63,314 nucleotides of DNA, filler included, from Bigelowiella natans CCMP2755 (GCA_000320545.1; 11 parts of 11 records of this genome joined end to end with filler, not necessarily neighbours in it), one strand, 5' to 3'. Positions 39,275 through 53,120 are shown, numbered from the whole stretch's first letter. Notes: generated from the sequence alone by a model not told the origin. Numbers and translations: made by a program.

Positions 39275-41274
39275 ATGCAACTCCAAGATAAAAAAAAGAA
39301 ACGAGAGTGTGGAGCTCTCAGCGAGCTCGGGAGTTCTCAGGCTGGCGATGTATCGAGCGATAGGGAGGACTTGGATGCGAAGAGCAATGGGGAAGAACAC
39401 GATGTCTTCGACGACAATTCGCCGAAATCTATGGAGGAGAGAGTCTGGGAAGAGGTTTTTAAGGAGTGTTCTTCAAGAAAGGCCATGGGTCTGTATGCAT
39501 AGCAACTGCAGCAGTTGTTTGGCGAAATGAATGCCTTTATGCACGGTTTCAGAAGACTGTGTTTATTCCTGCGTTTGGTGCTTTTTAGCCGTCTCCAAAG
39601 CCGATCCAAGGAATCTCGGTTTGGCCACACCACAGTTTTGCTACGGAGAGACAACATTTCGGTATTCAAGAGTTGTGTAGTTTTTGTCTAAAGGTTAGCG
39701 CGAGCTGTTTTGTCAAATGCCATTGGCGGATCTTACCGGCGCTAATTTGCCCTCAATCCAATATTCAACCTCCTCTGATCAGATGCTTGGAGAGATCCAT
39801 TCGAAGACACATCCATTTGATTAAGGCAAGAATGGCTGCCTCAAGAAAAGGCGGGCTGTCGTTCTATGATCTCGGTAATTCAGCACAGTTGCCATAAACC
39901 GCCATCCTTGTCATCACCCTTCTCTCTGTGTTTCTGCCACTAGGCTCCGGATCTGGAAGAGTTGTCATTGCAGCCGCACTTTTACGCTGGCCTATTGCCA
40001 TTAGCCCGCCGAGCTATAGTAGTAGTAGTAGTAGTAGTAGTAGTAACGATGCAGCTAATCCAGATTTTAGTCAGAAATCTCGCAAAGAGGAAAGGACGCC
40101 CCCGTTGATATTTGAGAAGGTCGCAGGCATTGAACAACTAAAGGGGCTATGCACTCTTGCGAGGGGGGCATTACAGCGGCTGAGCGAACGCCGCCAAAGT
40201 TTTCTTCGGATTGACGAAGTTGCGGGGAAGAAGGGTGACGGTTCGGAGAGCAAAGCTACTACAGCGACACTCCGTGCTTCATCTCAGGTAGGAGAGAGCA
40301 CACTCCCACCACAGCAACAACAACAGCGGAGGCAGCAGCAGGAGCAGCAGAAGGGTGGGAAGCAGATGATAAAGATTCATGAGACTAGCTTCCTCAAAGA
40401 AGATGTGAAATGGTGGGAGGACGCCGGTATTGCCAGAACTAAACAGTCCAGTAGAGAGAACCTGCTCGCAAAAACGTGTGCGTGTGATAAACGCTCCATG
40501 ATGATCGGTTTCATCTGAACTTGCGTTCCTTCTCAGATGTGGTATTCGCAACGTGCACGTGCTACAGCGATAAGCTGATGCGACGAATGGAGCGACGAGC
40601 GAGAAAGATGAAGGTACTGAAATCCAAAATCAGGCGCAAGCAGCACTCGCAGAAGATGCGTGAAATGTTTGCCGTACGACACTCGTCTTCGCGCTCTTAC
40701 ATTCGTTTTGGCATTTGAGATAACAAGAGCATTTGTTTCTTTGATTCGCTTTGAAGTTTGATTATGGTTCTGGTTGTTGCGAAGGCCGGGTCGATTTTCC
40801 TGAGCCTGACCCAAAAGCTAAAATCCCCCTGCTGGAAGGTGGTGTGCTATGTTCGTACAATGCATGATAATAGAGACGGATGAAAGTATGGATGCGGCGG
40901 CCCATTTGTGTTGTGCACAGAACAACAGCACGATGATGATAATGTTTCTTTTCAAATCGTTTCCTTGCGATGACTGGATTGATTGTCATCATGCTGCCAT
41001 CCACCATCTTCAGCTGCTCGAGAGCAAAGAGCACAGTACAAGTTGGGGTTCTGCGGTACTTCACACGCAGGTATTGAGGCGCAAGTACGTTAAGATAGTG
41101 AACCTGCCGGCCCAATGCGAAATCGTCATTTTGTGATTAGGAAACACTGCATGCTGTATCCAGGTCAAAAAAAATGTGCGGAATGATGATGAGGCCGATG
41201 GCGCCGTCAGTCGGGGTCGGAGTGATGGTCACGTAGATGAGCGCAACACGAACAGCTCAGACAGTAGTAGTAGC

Positions 41275-41312
<38 letters not shown>

Positions 41313-41322
41313 CGATGGATGA
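39275..41322 (+). CDS. DOT1-like class I SAM-dependent methyltransferase with acidic tail
   Basis: Spliced FCYGETTF|R...SFYDLG|SGSGRVVIAAAL...FEKVAGIEQL...SFLKEDVKWWEDA|DVVFATCTCYSDKLM...MK|AGSIFLSLTQKL...|LLESKEHSTSWGSAVLHTQ|VKK...poly-D G* (TGA 41320-41322). Start codon tentative. Confidence 0.8.
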
Positions 41323-41942
41323 GCCGATTTTGATGCTAGCAAAATAAACTGCATGCTTCCTCTTGATTTTAGGAGAATAGATACTATTGAACATTTCTAT
41401 TGACCCAAATACACATCACGCATGTTCACCTGAGCCATGTACAAAATATCGTGCACGATGCTCGTGCGGCTAGGACAGGCTAGGCTAGCATGGCTAGATG
41501 GCTACGCTGTATATGTCAGTCTTCGCATGAGTATTCGCTATGCATCATAGTGTATAATAGCCCACGTACTACTTGGCATGCACCATGTGTTGTGTTGCGC
41601 ATCTTCTTCAATGTTGCGAACACGTATCGACGTTACGCTGACTAATGACAACGCGCTAGCCATGCAGCGCTAGAGCGCAAAAGGGTACATTTGCTTTACT
41701 CTTAAAAACCAACTACGCACAAACTTTAGAGTAAATTGTTTTGCTCGATGCATGTGCGTATGAGCGCGCTCGTCTATAAACATAGTGTGCTAACAAATAC
41801 TGATACCTTGCCTGGCATTGCTAGCATCGTATGCTATAAAAGTAATATCAAGTACTACATACAATAATGGCGCAGCGCGCACGTGCTAGCATGCAAGCTA
41901 GCAAGTGAAGCAGCAATCATGCGTAGCGAATAAAGAGACTTC

Positions 41943-42658
41943 CTAATTGTTGACATTGGGATCGGTAAGCAGTGGCGTGATCGTGAGGATGTAACTCGCG
42001 ATCGAGGCTTCCTTGATCTCCTGATAATTAGAGGAGGTCGTCAGAGCAGCACTTCGAATTCTTTGACAATTTCCAGGCATAAATTCCCACCGCTGATCAC
42101 GCGTGGACGCTCACACTCAAAAAAAAAAGTATTTTCTGTAATCTTGGAACCACAACTATGCTGGGCGAACCACCTTTAGCTTGCCAATGTTGCTCTTGCG
42201 AACTCCTTCCCAATTCTGGGTGAGAACCTGATGTTTTAGGCGAAGAACTCACCATCCTCGCAAGGCCATCCAGCGAAACAAGAAACAGCACAGACGGAGC
42301 TCTACGCAGAAGGGCGGAGAGGACCCGAAAAAACCAGGGAAAACTTCGCCATCAAAACTAGTGTCTTCGCGCGCGGAAACAGATCTGCGTCTTTACAACC
42401 AGAACGGCCATTCGGACTGGCGCAAGTGCACTACCTGGAGGCCTTTCTGGGCAAGGTTTTGATACCAACGGAGCACCTGATCGGTACGGTTTGTGCTTGC
42501 CAACGTCAGCGTTGAGGCCATCGTGTATTAGTGTGGCAAGAATAGGCGAATTGCGGTTGAAAACTTGTGCTGTATCGACTTTGTAAAATATACGAATTTT
42601 GCTTGTGGATGATGGTTTATGCGTAGGCTTCTTCCATCTACTAAACATAAATACGTGT

Positions 42659-42708
<50 letters not shown>

Positions 42709-45707
42709 ATATGTCTACGAGTGTATGCGATATGCGATCCGAGGGGGGACCGTGCGGATTATTTGATATGGAACTCATCAGATTTAATAACCTCCCTCTC
42801 ATTAGCTCGGACCCTTACGCAGTGCATCTGGGCCTCATCTGCCCACCTATTCGCCTGTGTAATCAACACGCCCACAAAATGCGCGGCAATTCGTCATTAT
42901 TTCAGCATGCTAATGCTCGGCTGCTGCACGAAAGAGCAGCGCTTCGCATCAAGGCAAACGTATTCTATCGAAACCCACAAAGCCGCTAACGTGACAGCGA
43001 TTGTTCAAAGCAAAAATACTCATAGCCTTCCAAATAATCAGAATCCTCCTCCTCATCATCAATATCCTTATTTAAACTCCAAAGTGGTAGCGGAAGGGGC
43101 AAACGCCTTCTGAAGGCTACAACGAAAAGCCAGCAAAACAAGACCTTCAGCATCTTGTGATCCGTTGCCAAATCTCCGGAAAATCTCTTCAAAGACCGCG
43201 TACTCGACTCTTCAATCTGAATCGAAAAGAGGGGGCCCAGGAAGAGAAGGGAGCAAGGAAAGGGGGAAAGAGAGGGGGGGGGGGGGGGGGGTTTGCTCAC
43301 AAGATGTCCTTATTGAATGTTCCAGAGCTCTGTTTCTTCATCTACACTAGAAAGAAACAACCCTACCATTTTCAAGATCTTGATCTCATTGCTGATGCTC
43401 ACAGGCCCGATTGTCTAATCGCATGTATGGGTAGCAGTAGTAACACGCACACGTGTCATCGACTGAAGAGCTTTGGCGCTGATTGTGATTGTATACAATC
43501 CGAGCAAGGGACCTCTAGGTCGAAGCTGGGCGATTTGCGAAAGAGCTCAAAGTCCTTCCCCGCTGCGTTGGTAAACCTTCAAAACGAGGCGAGCACCACA
43601 ATAAGCATGATGTGATGGTGATCGAGAGGATGGCCGCCTCGTAGCTCCACAGGCAAAAGCACAAGCAAAACCCGAGAATTGTTTTAAAAAAATACATCGG
43701 AGTTCAGAAGAACACCTCAAACCGTGCTGTTTTGGGCGTCTAGTCACTGTTCGTAACAACACAACGCATGCTCCGCTAACCTCAAAAAGGACGCCATTCT
43801 CCTGAAGCGCATGTCGCGTGCGTTGGCGTTGACTGAGAACTCACGGCAGTTTTCCACGTCCTGTGATCATGACAAACAAACAAACCTATTTTAGAGCAAA
43901 TCACGGCGGTCCCATCCAGCGCAATATCCAGAATTGCCCGAACCAAACTGCATGCTGCATCATGCATTGTGTTGTGGTTTTTCTCTCGTGAGGAACACCA
44001 CCGACCGTCAGGTCTCGTTGGCGTGATTTCTGGCGCAAAACTTCCAGTTTTTCTTGGTAGTGTGGCGTGGATGTATCCATTGAAAAGGCCAGCACGCACT
44101 AGAAATGGACACAACGCATCATATCGTTTCAGTATTAATCTAAGCAAGTCTTCTTATTCCAATATACATGCAAACAGTGAGGCATTGATTTCTCGCCACT
44201 CGATTCTGGGAGAAAAGGACGAATTTACGCTGCTACGAAATAACCGTAACAAATTTCTAATTTCATTTGTTTGCTTTACCCCCCCCCCCTCCCCTCTCCC
44301 CCCTCCACCATAAGCATTCGTTTGCTACTTTGGCAAATCTCCCCTCCTTACTCCGTATTTACTGATCTGCTGTTATTGTTTCTGTTGCGAGAACCGACCT
44401 CATTTTCGGGGTTTTTGGCCAGTGTGAAGCCGTAGTTAACGAAGTATCGGCTGCATGTTGAAAGGACAAAGTGTGAGTTTTTGAGTATCTAAATAGCAAG
44501 TGCGTTTGGAACAGTTGTACATCGTTTCTGAATCAAGGAAAAAAGTAGCCTTTTTACTGCTTCCTGCTGTCGGAAGCTTTCACCATTTATTGTCGCATTA
44601 ACAAAGTTAATTTTGTAAGTATATCCCATCCCCCCCCCGCGCCACACTCTCTCGCTTCCTCTCATCTTTGAGATACCTGTTTGGCTTTTTGCCGTAGCTC
44701 ACGTAGATCTGCTGGCCTTGCTTCACGTATTGGTTCGTTATCAAATGCACCTTGAAATGACACCAAATCGACAACAACAACAGCAATAACAAGCATTAGC
44801 CAACAGAAGTCCAACAATCGTCGTTTTTCCTTCGGAAAACCATTAAATCATTGCATGCTGCTATTTTATGCACCGCAGTACATGATCGGTGCCATCGTCA
44901 TAACCCCAGTGGACCGAGCTTGGCCTCCCTAGCCAACACAACCAGCAGCAATCAGCTCATATAAGAGTGTCTCTCTCTTCCCCCCCCCCCCCACCCCCTC
45001 CTTTTTTTTTTTTTCTTACCCTCTTTTCTAAAATCTTTAAAAAAACCGTAAGGGCGGAAAAATAAAAAGGGGGGTTTGGAAACCGACGCTTACCTACTGG
45101 AGCACCACTACAATCACTACAACAACTACTACTATTGCAAGTACTACTAGTGGTAGATTACCATGATTGACCATATCCACCAAAGGCACCATAGCCAGGA
45201 ACTTGCTAGTCTTCTTCCGCAGCCCAACGACGCGGCTCAAGACACAGCATCTGCAAAAAAAGTGGGGCAGGGGCGAGGAAGCAAGGGTGGAGGACGCTAG
45301 AGTGGACTGGCCTTATGAGAGGAGAGAAAACAACGCTGTTTGCCTGACCTTGCCCACATGAACTCCATCAGCGAGTAGCGCCTCACCTCAGGCACACTAG
45401 CGCTGAGCTGCGTGTACTCATCTCTGACACATTGAAAAAACGCAAAAAGGTGATTGATATACACAGGCATTAGAACACTCCATCCCATCCACCCGCAGAT
45501 GGTGTGGTGTGCAATGTGCGGAAGAGAGGCGCGTAACAATGCAAAACAGGGCAAATGTCGGAGTTGTAGTTTGTTCCTGGAGAGGGGGCGGCTCAGAAGA
45601 ATAGCGAAAATAGGATAGATTAACCGTAAGGCCTCGGCTCGAAAGCGAATTGTCTGTAGCGTGATTGTGTTAGCCAGTAGCTTGAGCAGGCTGGGAGGGT
45701 AAAAGAC
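41943..45707 (-). CDS. SET-domain lysine methyltransferase, SETD3/Rubisco-LSMT-like, 5' partial
   Basis: YSLMEFMWAR|CCVLSR...AMVPLVDMVNH...KQGQQIYVSYGKKPN|SRYFVNYGFTLAKNPENE followed by an LSMT-type C-terminal domain (MASFLR); stop TAG 41943-41945. Confidence 0.85.
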
Positions 45708-45741
45708 CTTGAAATACAGCTCACCATCAACAAACTCAGCG

Positions 45742-45783
<42 letters not shown>

Positions 45784-45801
45784 GTGTGTGTGTGTGTGGG
45801 G

Positions 45802-45901
45802 NNNNNNNNNNNNNNNNNNNNNNNNNNNNNNNNNNNNNNNNNNNNTTAATTAATTAANNNNNNNNNNNNNNNNNNNNNNNNNNNNNNNNNNNNNNNNNNN
45901 N
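45802..45901. other. Artificial assembly spacer
   Basis: 44 N + TTAATTAATTAA + 44 N. Confidence 0.98.
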
Positions 45902-46089
45902 ACACGCGCGCCCACCGCCACACACACACCCCCACAGCACCACCACACATTCCCAACCCCCCACAAACAACTCCAACATCTAACATTCAAAACAGGTAAC
46001 GAACTCTCCCTCATCCGCTCCCCCCCTCCCCCCCTCCTCCCCCTCCGGCAACCATTGTGGTTGCGTTTTGTTCTTTGGGTTGATACTAC

Positions 46090-46349
46090 CGAGAGCTCTC
46101 TGACGCAAGCTGCAGGTTGTAGCAGGTGACGTACATCGAGGAGACTTGCTGCGGACGCACAGAGAGGAGGAGGAGGAGGAGGAGGAGGAGGAGGAGGAGC
46201 AACAAACACACGTGCAAATACATATTAGATATGTTAAATTATATATGTATATATAATTCCTGAACGATAAAGATGCCTTCGTTGATTCTCGACGAAAATG
46301 ATCTTCGTCCTCCTTTTCTAACCCCCCCCCCCCCCTCCCCTCGATTCTT

Positions 46350-46384
<35 letters not shown>

Positions 46385-47052
46385 GCTGCTACTACTACTA
46401 CCACCATCAGAAGAAACAATAACAATAAACGTTACCAATGCTCCTTGGATTCCTGATCCTTCTTCCTCCCTCAAGACCCATCCCGACTTCAAGGGACCGC
46501 CATCAACCCTAACAAAAATGACAACATCAACAGCAGCAGATACACTTATGAGCGACGAGATAAGATTGATGCTGCTGCTCCTGCTGCTGCTGCTGCTGAT
46601 GATGATGATAGAGATGATGAAGATGATGATAAATGATGATAAATGATGATAATGATAACGAGAGATTTATGATAATGATATTCTATCCCTACCCTGGTGC
46701 GCCGAGGTCGAGGATGAGAGGAGGTTCAAGCTGCACTGCCTTGTTCTTTTGCGAGGGGGGGGCGAGATACTGGTTCTTCATCTGACCAAACACAGTAAGT
46801 TGTGTGTTTCGCCGTAATACGCATTGACGGACACACAGCACACACGCACACGCACACGCACACACACACGCACACGCACACACACACAAACACACGCACG
46901 CACACAAACACACGCACACACACAAACACGCTGATTGGTGATGATGATGATGTTGTTGTTGTTGTTTCGTACCGATGCAGCAATTTCCTTGAACTTAGCG
47001 GGATAGTAGCTTTGCAATTTCGTCTATAACAGCAAGTGACAGTGTGTTTCAC

Positions 47053-47086
<34 letters not shown>

Positions 47087-47249
47087 GTGATGATGGTTTA
47101 CAGGATAGCGTATCAATTTGAGGGGGGGGGGGGGGATGGAGCAAGTCATCAAGTTTTACAAAAGTTTTGAATTTCCTTATACATATCGAGGGCCACGATA
47201 GATCTATAATTGTAGTACAATCTTTCTCTCCCTCTCTTCTGCATGTATG

Positions 47250-47281
<32 letters not shown>

Positions 47282-48104
47282 TCATCAATGGAAATCATAC
47301 CGATGCATTCCAAAACGTGGTGATGGAATCCCTCATTTCTGGAACAAAACCGTCGACTGCAAACCTTCAAGAGCAAAAGCAACCACACACGCGCACACAA
47401 AGACTCAACTACGCACGATTTCGATTATGGATTGCTGTGTATCTGGCCCTCACATTGCAAGAGTGTGAATGAATGTGTGATGGGCTGTTGGGAGCCATGC
47501 TTGCGACTTCAACAAGCAGCTTCTTCTGTTTCTTCTTCTTCTTCTCCCCCCTTTACTGCTACTCTACTACAACGACTTACTACTACTACTACTACTAATA
47601 ATAATAATAATAATGCTTTTACAGCCAACCTTTCGAGAATTTCTCTAAACTTGGCCATGTGCTTCAGCATCCACGATAGATCTGCTCGTTGCTACGCGTG
47701 CAGAGCAAGGAAAAACTTAGATAAACATGGTCGCACAGTCCTAATATGCATATCTACATAAACATATAGGAGGAGGATGGAGGAGGAGGAGGCCACCATT
47801 ATCATTATCATCATCATCATCCTCACCTTTTTATTCCTTGCCCCCCCGCTTCCTCTTCTCCATCGGATCCACTCGTCGCCATCCTCCCACTTGATGAGCA
47901 GGGAACTGTCCTCGATGTCCCCCGTGAATGGGTCGTGATCATCATCGAGGTAGGTCATTTTCACCAACGCTACCGTGTCCTCCTTCACAGGAGGGAGAAC
48001 CTTCAACTGAGCGAATGGCCTTGATTGCGCAAGGGCCATGTCGCACATCCCCTTCTTGCCCTCCCGGCAAAAACCTAAGGAGGAGGGAGATGAGGAAGAT
48101 AGGG

Positions 48105-48142
<38 letters not shown>

Positions 48143-49334
48143 TGATGACGCTTGATGAAGAGAGAGGAGGAATCGTAGTCGCAGAGACACTAGCAGTCGA
48201 AACGTAATGACGGGTTTTTCTTCCTCTTCTTCTTCTTCTTCTTCTTCTTCTTCTTTTCCTTCTTTCCCCAGCCACCAGTCACACCTTCGCCATCGATGGC
48301 GTACTTGGTCCGATCCAGAGAAATGTATGTACCGCTCAGATCCTTCAAGTCGAAATGGGGGAGGGGGCGGTTGATGATGCGGTGAGTCAGGAAAAGGGAT
48401 TAATACCAAATTGGAGATGTGTGGTAACATAGGTCTCTCGTGCGATCTCACGAGCAGGCAGCTGCAGTCGTAGCAATTATGTCCAGGGACTCTTCCGCTT
48501 CCCCCCTCCCCCCCTCCCATCCCACAAGGCAGAGTTATCATTAAGAGTGCTGTTTTGTGTGCAACTACCAGCTGATCGTGGGTAGCAGCAACCACTGGTC
48601 CTTCAGAATCATCGGTGGATTCACCGCCACCCTTAGACTGATATGGGTGTTCCATGCCGAGTTAACGACGACGACGACGACGACGCAAGAGATAACAAAT
48701 AATAATCAGCATTTGTTTTTCTTATGAATCCCGACGCCACCAGTGCACGTAAATAGCTATGATGGTGCTTTTCGCTGAGAATCGAGATCAATCTCAACTA
48801 TGCATATATATATATATATATATATACGTAAATAGATCGCGATAGTTACGTATTCGCGCCATGCTAATTGTTTGCTCTTCGTTGAACATCTCCCCCCCCC
48901 CTCCACCCCAACCCTGCCTGATTTCTTCTTCACCTGGATGTCTCCTTCAGCAGTCATAACCTTAGCGATCTCGGCTAAAAGAGGAAGAGGCAAGTAAGCA
49001 AATAATATAGCAACAATGATGATGATGATGATGATGATGATGGTGATGTGTGTCTTAGAACGTGCGTGCAGGGAGAGAGAACACAGCATCAGGAGGTATA
49101 TTTTAGGCGCTTTTATTGATCAATGGGTAAAGACACAAGCGATAGTCTGCTGAGCAATTAGTACTCAAAACTTCCAAGAGAGAGGCGAGCTGTGAGTCGT
49201 TGAATTCTTTCACTTCAAACGAGCCGTCCTTCTTGTCCACCACGTTATGGTCGAGAGCCGATGCGCACGTTTGGACGAGTTTCAGCATGTCTTGGGACAC
49301 GAATCGCACCTACCATCCGAGCGTATGGGTATGA

Positions 49335-49368
<34 letters not shown>

Positions 49369-49375
49369 GGAGGGC

Positions 49376-49413
<38 letters not shown>

Positions 49414-49678
49414 ACATAGCATCATCATCATTATCATCATCATCATCATACTACTACTACTACTACTACTACTGCTGCTGCTGCTACCATTTTCTCGAGC
49501 TCCTTGCCTGATACGCCAAAACGGAAGGAGAGATTATCAGGAATCTCGCCTTCTGTGCATGCGAAGCTGTTCACCTGCCAACAACGAGACGACGACGACG
49601 ACACAAGAGGGAGGAGGAGGAGGAGGAGGAGAAGAAGAAGAAAACCACGCTTTCATCAATATATATCCATTAAATATT

Positions 49679-49718
<40 letters not shown>

Positions 49719-50410
49719 AGGTAACGAGTGTGCCAAGGTAGCAGCAATGCCACCAGGAAAGGAGATATACGAATGTGAGAAGAGGGGTATATAGCCGATG
49801 AGAAAGGGTACATAAGAGAGGGAAATGGGCACACTGTTTTCGAAAGATAGATGAGCTGATAGGGATACATCGTAGCGTTAAAGGTATGATTCCTTACTCC
49901 TAGGTTTCGGAACATTGCGAACGTAGTTTTCTTCTCCTTGATAACAGCCTTCGCTTGTGGTGAGGCCAGGGGTGGCAATACCTTTTGTAAGAAAAATGAA
50001 ATCAAGACGAGGAGTAGGAGCTGTTTTGGGGGAGGGGGGGGGGGGGGGGGGGGAGACTTGCGAGAGCAGGAGCTACATAGAGGCAGGAGGGAAGTTGCAC
50101 ACACACAAAGAAAGCTGGTGAGGGTGTCGCACTCGAACGTTAACCGAAACCACCGATGATTACCGTCCCGCGACACTGGCCGCGTGGCAGAAATCGTCGG
50201 GCGTTTCTCTCATCATCCGCCGATATGTACACATGCATAAAGTATCATAGTCTCTCTTGCAGCCGCTGCTGCTACTGCTGGGGGAGGAAGAAGAAGAGGG
50301 GCAGCGTGAGAGAGCGGGCAGTGCTTGTGTTTGTGTCTGCACGACCAAATCCTCTGCGCAATCGTTGGGGCCGGGACGAATTCCACGCCCAGTCCATGCG
50401 AGAACGCCTT
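46090..50410 (-). CDS. Uncharacterised multi-exon gene, internal fragment
   Basis: A dozen or so GT-AG-bounded exons, e.g. VLPPLASPQAKAVIKEKKTTFAMFRNLG, DMLKLVQTCASALDHNVVDKKDG..., KVLPPVKEDTVALVKMTYLDDDHDPFTGDIEDSSLLIKWEDGDEWIRW, FAVDGFVPEMRDSITTFWNAS; family not recognised. Confidence 0.65.
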
Positions 50411-50445
<35 letters not shown>

Positions 50446-50564
50446 ACAACAACAATAACGACGACGACGACGACAACAAAAAAGCAGCACAGTTAGTGGT
50501 AAAGTAATGCTCATCTTGCCTATTACTTGTTTATTTGATGGGATAGAACCCCCCCCTCCCCCCT

Positions 50565-50625
<61 letters not shown>

Positions 50626-50695
50626 AAAACATGCATCAACATTGAAGGTACTTCGACCCCACATGTGGTGCGTTGTATGCAGTATCAACATGTGG

Positions 50696-50795
50696 NNNNN
50701 NNNNNNNNNNNNNNNNNNNNNNNNNNNNNNNNNNNNNNNTTAATTAATTAANNNNNNNNNNNNNNNNNNNNNNNNNNNNNNNNNNNNNNNNNNNN
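50696..50795. other. Artificial assembly spacer
   Basis: 44 N + TTAATTAATTAA + 44 N. Confidence 0.98.
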
Positions 50796-50806
50796 GAGCT
50801 CTTTTT

Positions 50807-50843
<37 letters not shown>

Positions 50844-50859
50844 GTATAGAGGGAAACAC

Positions 50860-50910
<51 letters not shown>

Positions 50911-51115
50911 GAGAGAGGGCGGGAAGGCAGAGAGAAACAGGAGATTCTGTTAAAACCTCAATACATCCTCTACTACTTACTCTTCATCCTTTCATTTCCT
51001 TTCTCACGCACCACCCACCCACGACAATCTCCTCCTTGTTTCTAAATGCCGTCTTATTTTCCCACTTCCCCCTCCCCCCCTTTCTCCTCCTCCTCCTCAC
51101 CCTGCCGACTCCCAG

Positions 51116-51399
51116 ATTGCCTCGAAGACATCGCGATCAAGATCCGATTTTCCAAAGGTATGCACTTCAGATTAACGTATAAATGCATATATAAATTTGA
51201 GCTATGTACATATACAGTACATTTCTATTGTAAATGACAACACCAACATAATTGCAAAAACCAAAGATTTGTGTTCTTGATAATACCGATATAATATAGA
51301 ATGTCAAGCAGCATATCAGCCCTCAGCACACATACAGCCAGCACACACACACACACACACGCACGCATGCACACCACAACCACCACCATCATCACCATT

Positions 51400-51431
<32 letters not shown>

Positions 51432-51691
51432 CACCATCATCATCACCAGCATCACCATCATCACCATCATCATCACCATCATCATCATCAGGCGTGCGCG
51501 AACCTGCGACGCTGCTTACTTGACCTCGAGATCTTCCGCACCATGTGCAAGAACGACCCCTTCGAGCTGCACAAGTACTGGAACATCGCAGAGGACGCTA
51601 ATGTCGTGTCGGTGCTGCTCAAGTCCCTCCAAAAGGAGGAGGAGAAGCTGCTCAAAAGTACGATGATGATGGCGACGATATCTGCATATAT

Positions 51692-51737
<46 letters not shown>

Positions 51738-52374
51738 ATATTGTTAACACGTACAAAATGTAAGCTCGTCGTTTCCCTCCCCCCCCCCCTCAGGGTGGGA
51801 GGGACATAAACCTTCTTCCGAGCAGAAAAAGGAGGAGAAGAAGGCGGAAGATGAAAAGAAGGAGGGCAAACTCTTTACGGGTATGTTTGAACCACGTGTA
51901 GGATGGGTGGGGGTGGGGGCGGATGGGAGGAGTTTTATTTTAATAAAAGCTAGTTTAGTTTTTCTGTCGTTCTTGCCGATGGTGCTTTGGCGTGATCCCC
52001 ATATTCTATCCCCCCCCCTCCCCCCTCCCCCCTTCTCTTCAATTTCCAATTGAAATCGTCACAGGCAAAGTAAAGCTCATTCTGCAAACCCACTCACTCG
52101 CATATCCATCGCTCTCAGTGTCAATTGGGACCACGGTATTACTTTAGTAGTAACACTACTACTAATGTGCTCCTACCACCACCAACACCACCACCACTAC
52201 TGCTACTACTATTCCCATTCTTCTTCTTCTTCTTCTTCTTCTTCTTCTTCGTCGCCGTCGTATAGTGGCCATCATCATCATTAACAACAGCAGTAGCAGT
52301 AGTGAGTTGTCTGTATCTTCAATGAACCAAATCAGGTGGCGGATGAAATCGCAAATGTTCTCCTCGGTACATAG

Positions 52375-52415
<41 letters not shown>

Positions 52416-52421
52416 CACACA

Positions 52422-52465
<44 letters not shown>

Positions 52466-52976
52466 CGTGTTTGTGACACTTATCCTACTAACGGCGATGA
52501 ACTACCCGGAAAATGAATGAAAGTGATGACGCATGCGCCATTGATAGACCGTATACCGTTGTTGGCTAGTGCCAAACGGGTTCCCGCGCTGACGTCCTCC
52601 CCCCCCCACCCCATCCCCTCGCAGGTGATATAGATTTCTTCCAATTCACCCTTGAGCTGGAGGACGTGCCCCTCTCCACACCGGTCAACTTCTATAGATC
52701 CATGCCCGAGGATGAAAAGGTGGTGGTTGCACGTGAGATACATGAAGTTTGGGGAGGGGGGGGGGATTTTGTTGGGTTTGCTGCGTGGTTTTATCGACCG
52801 CAAAATAACGATGGGGCTGCTAATCATCAGGAGGATGAGGATATCCTTGCCTCCTGGCCGCTGCTCGAAATCCTAAAGCCAAGCAGCAAGCTGGAGACCA
52901 AGGGTGCTGGCGAAGAAACGTTCCGGATTTCTAGCATTGAGGAGGTCGTCGGCGAGATGTATTTTGAGGTACAGTT

Positions 52977-53047
<71 letters not shown>

Positions 53048-53120
53048 TGTATTAAATAATGTTAAGATGGGCGAGCGGGAGAATTATTCTTGACAATACT
53101 TCTGATTGGCAGCAATTTCC
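51116..53120 (+). CDS. Uncharacterised multi-exon gene fragment (weak resemblance to post-NACHT helical region of NWD/NPHP3-like proteins)
   Basis: Exons ACANLRRCLLDLEIFRTMCKNDPFELHKYWNIAED..., GDIDFFQFTLELEDVPLSTPVNFYRSMP..., EDEDILASWPLLEILKP...; family assignment weak. Confidence 0.6.
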
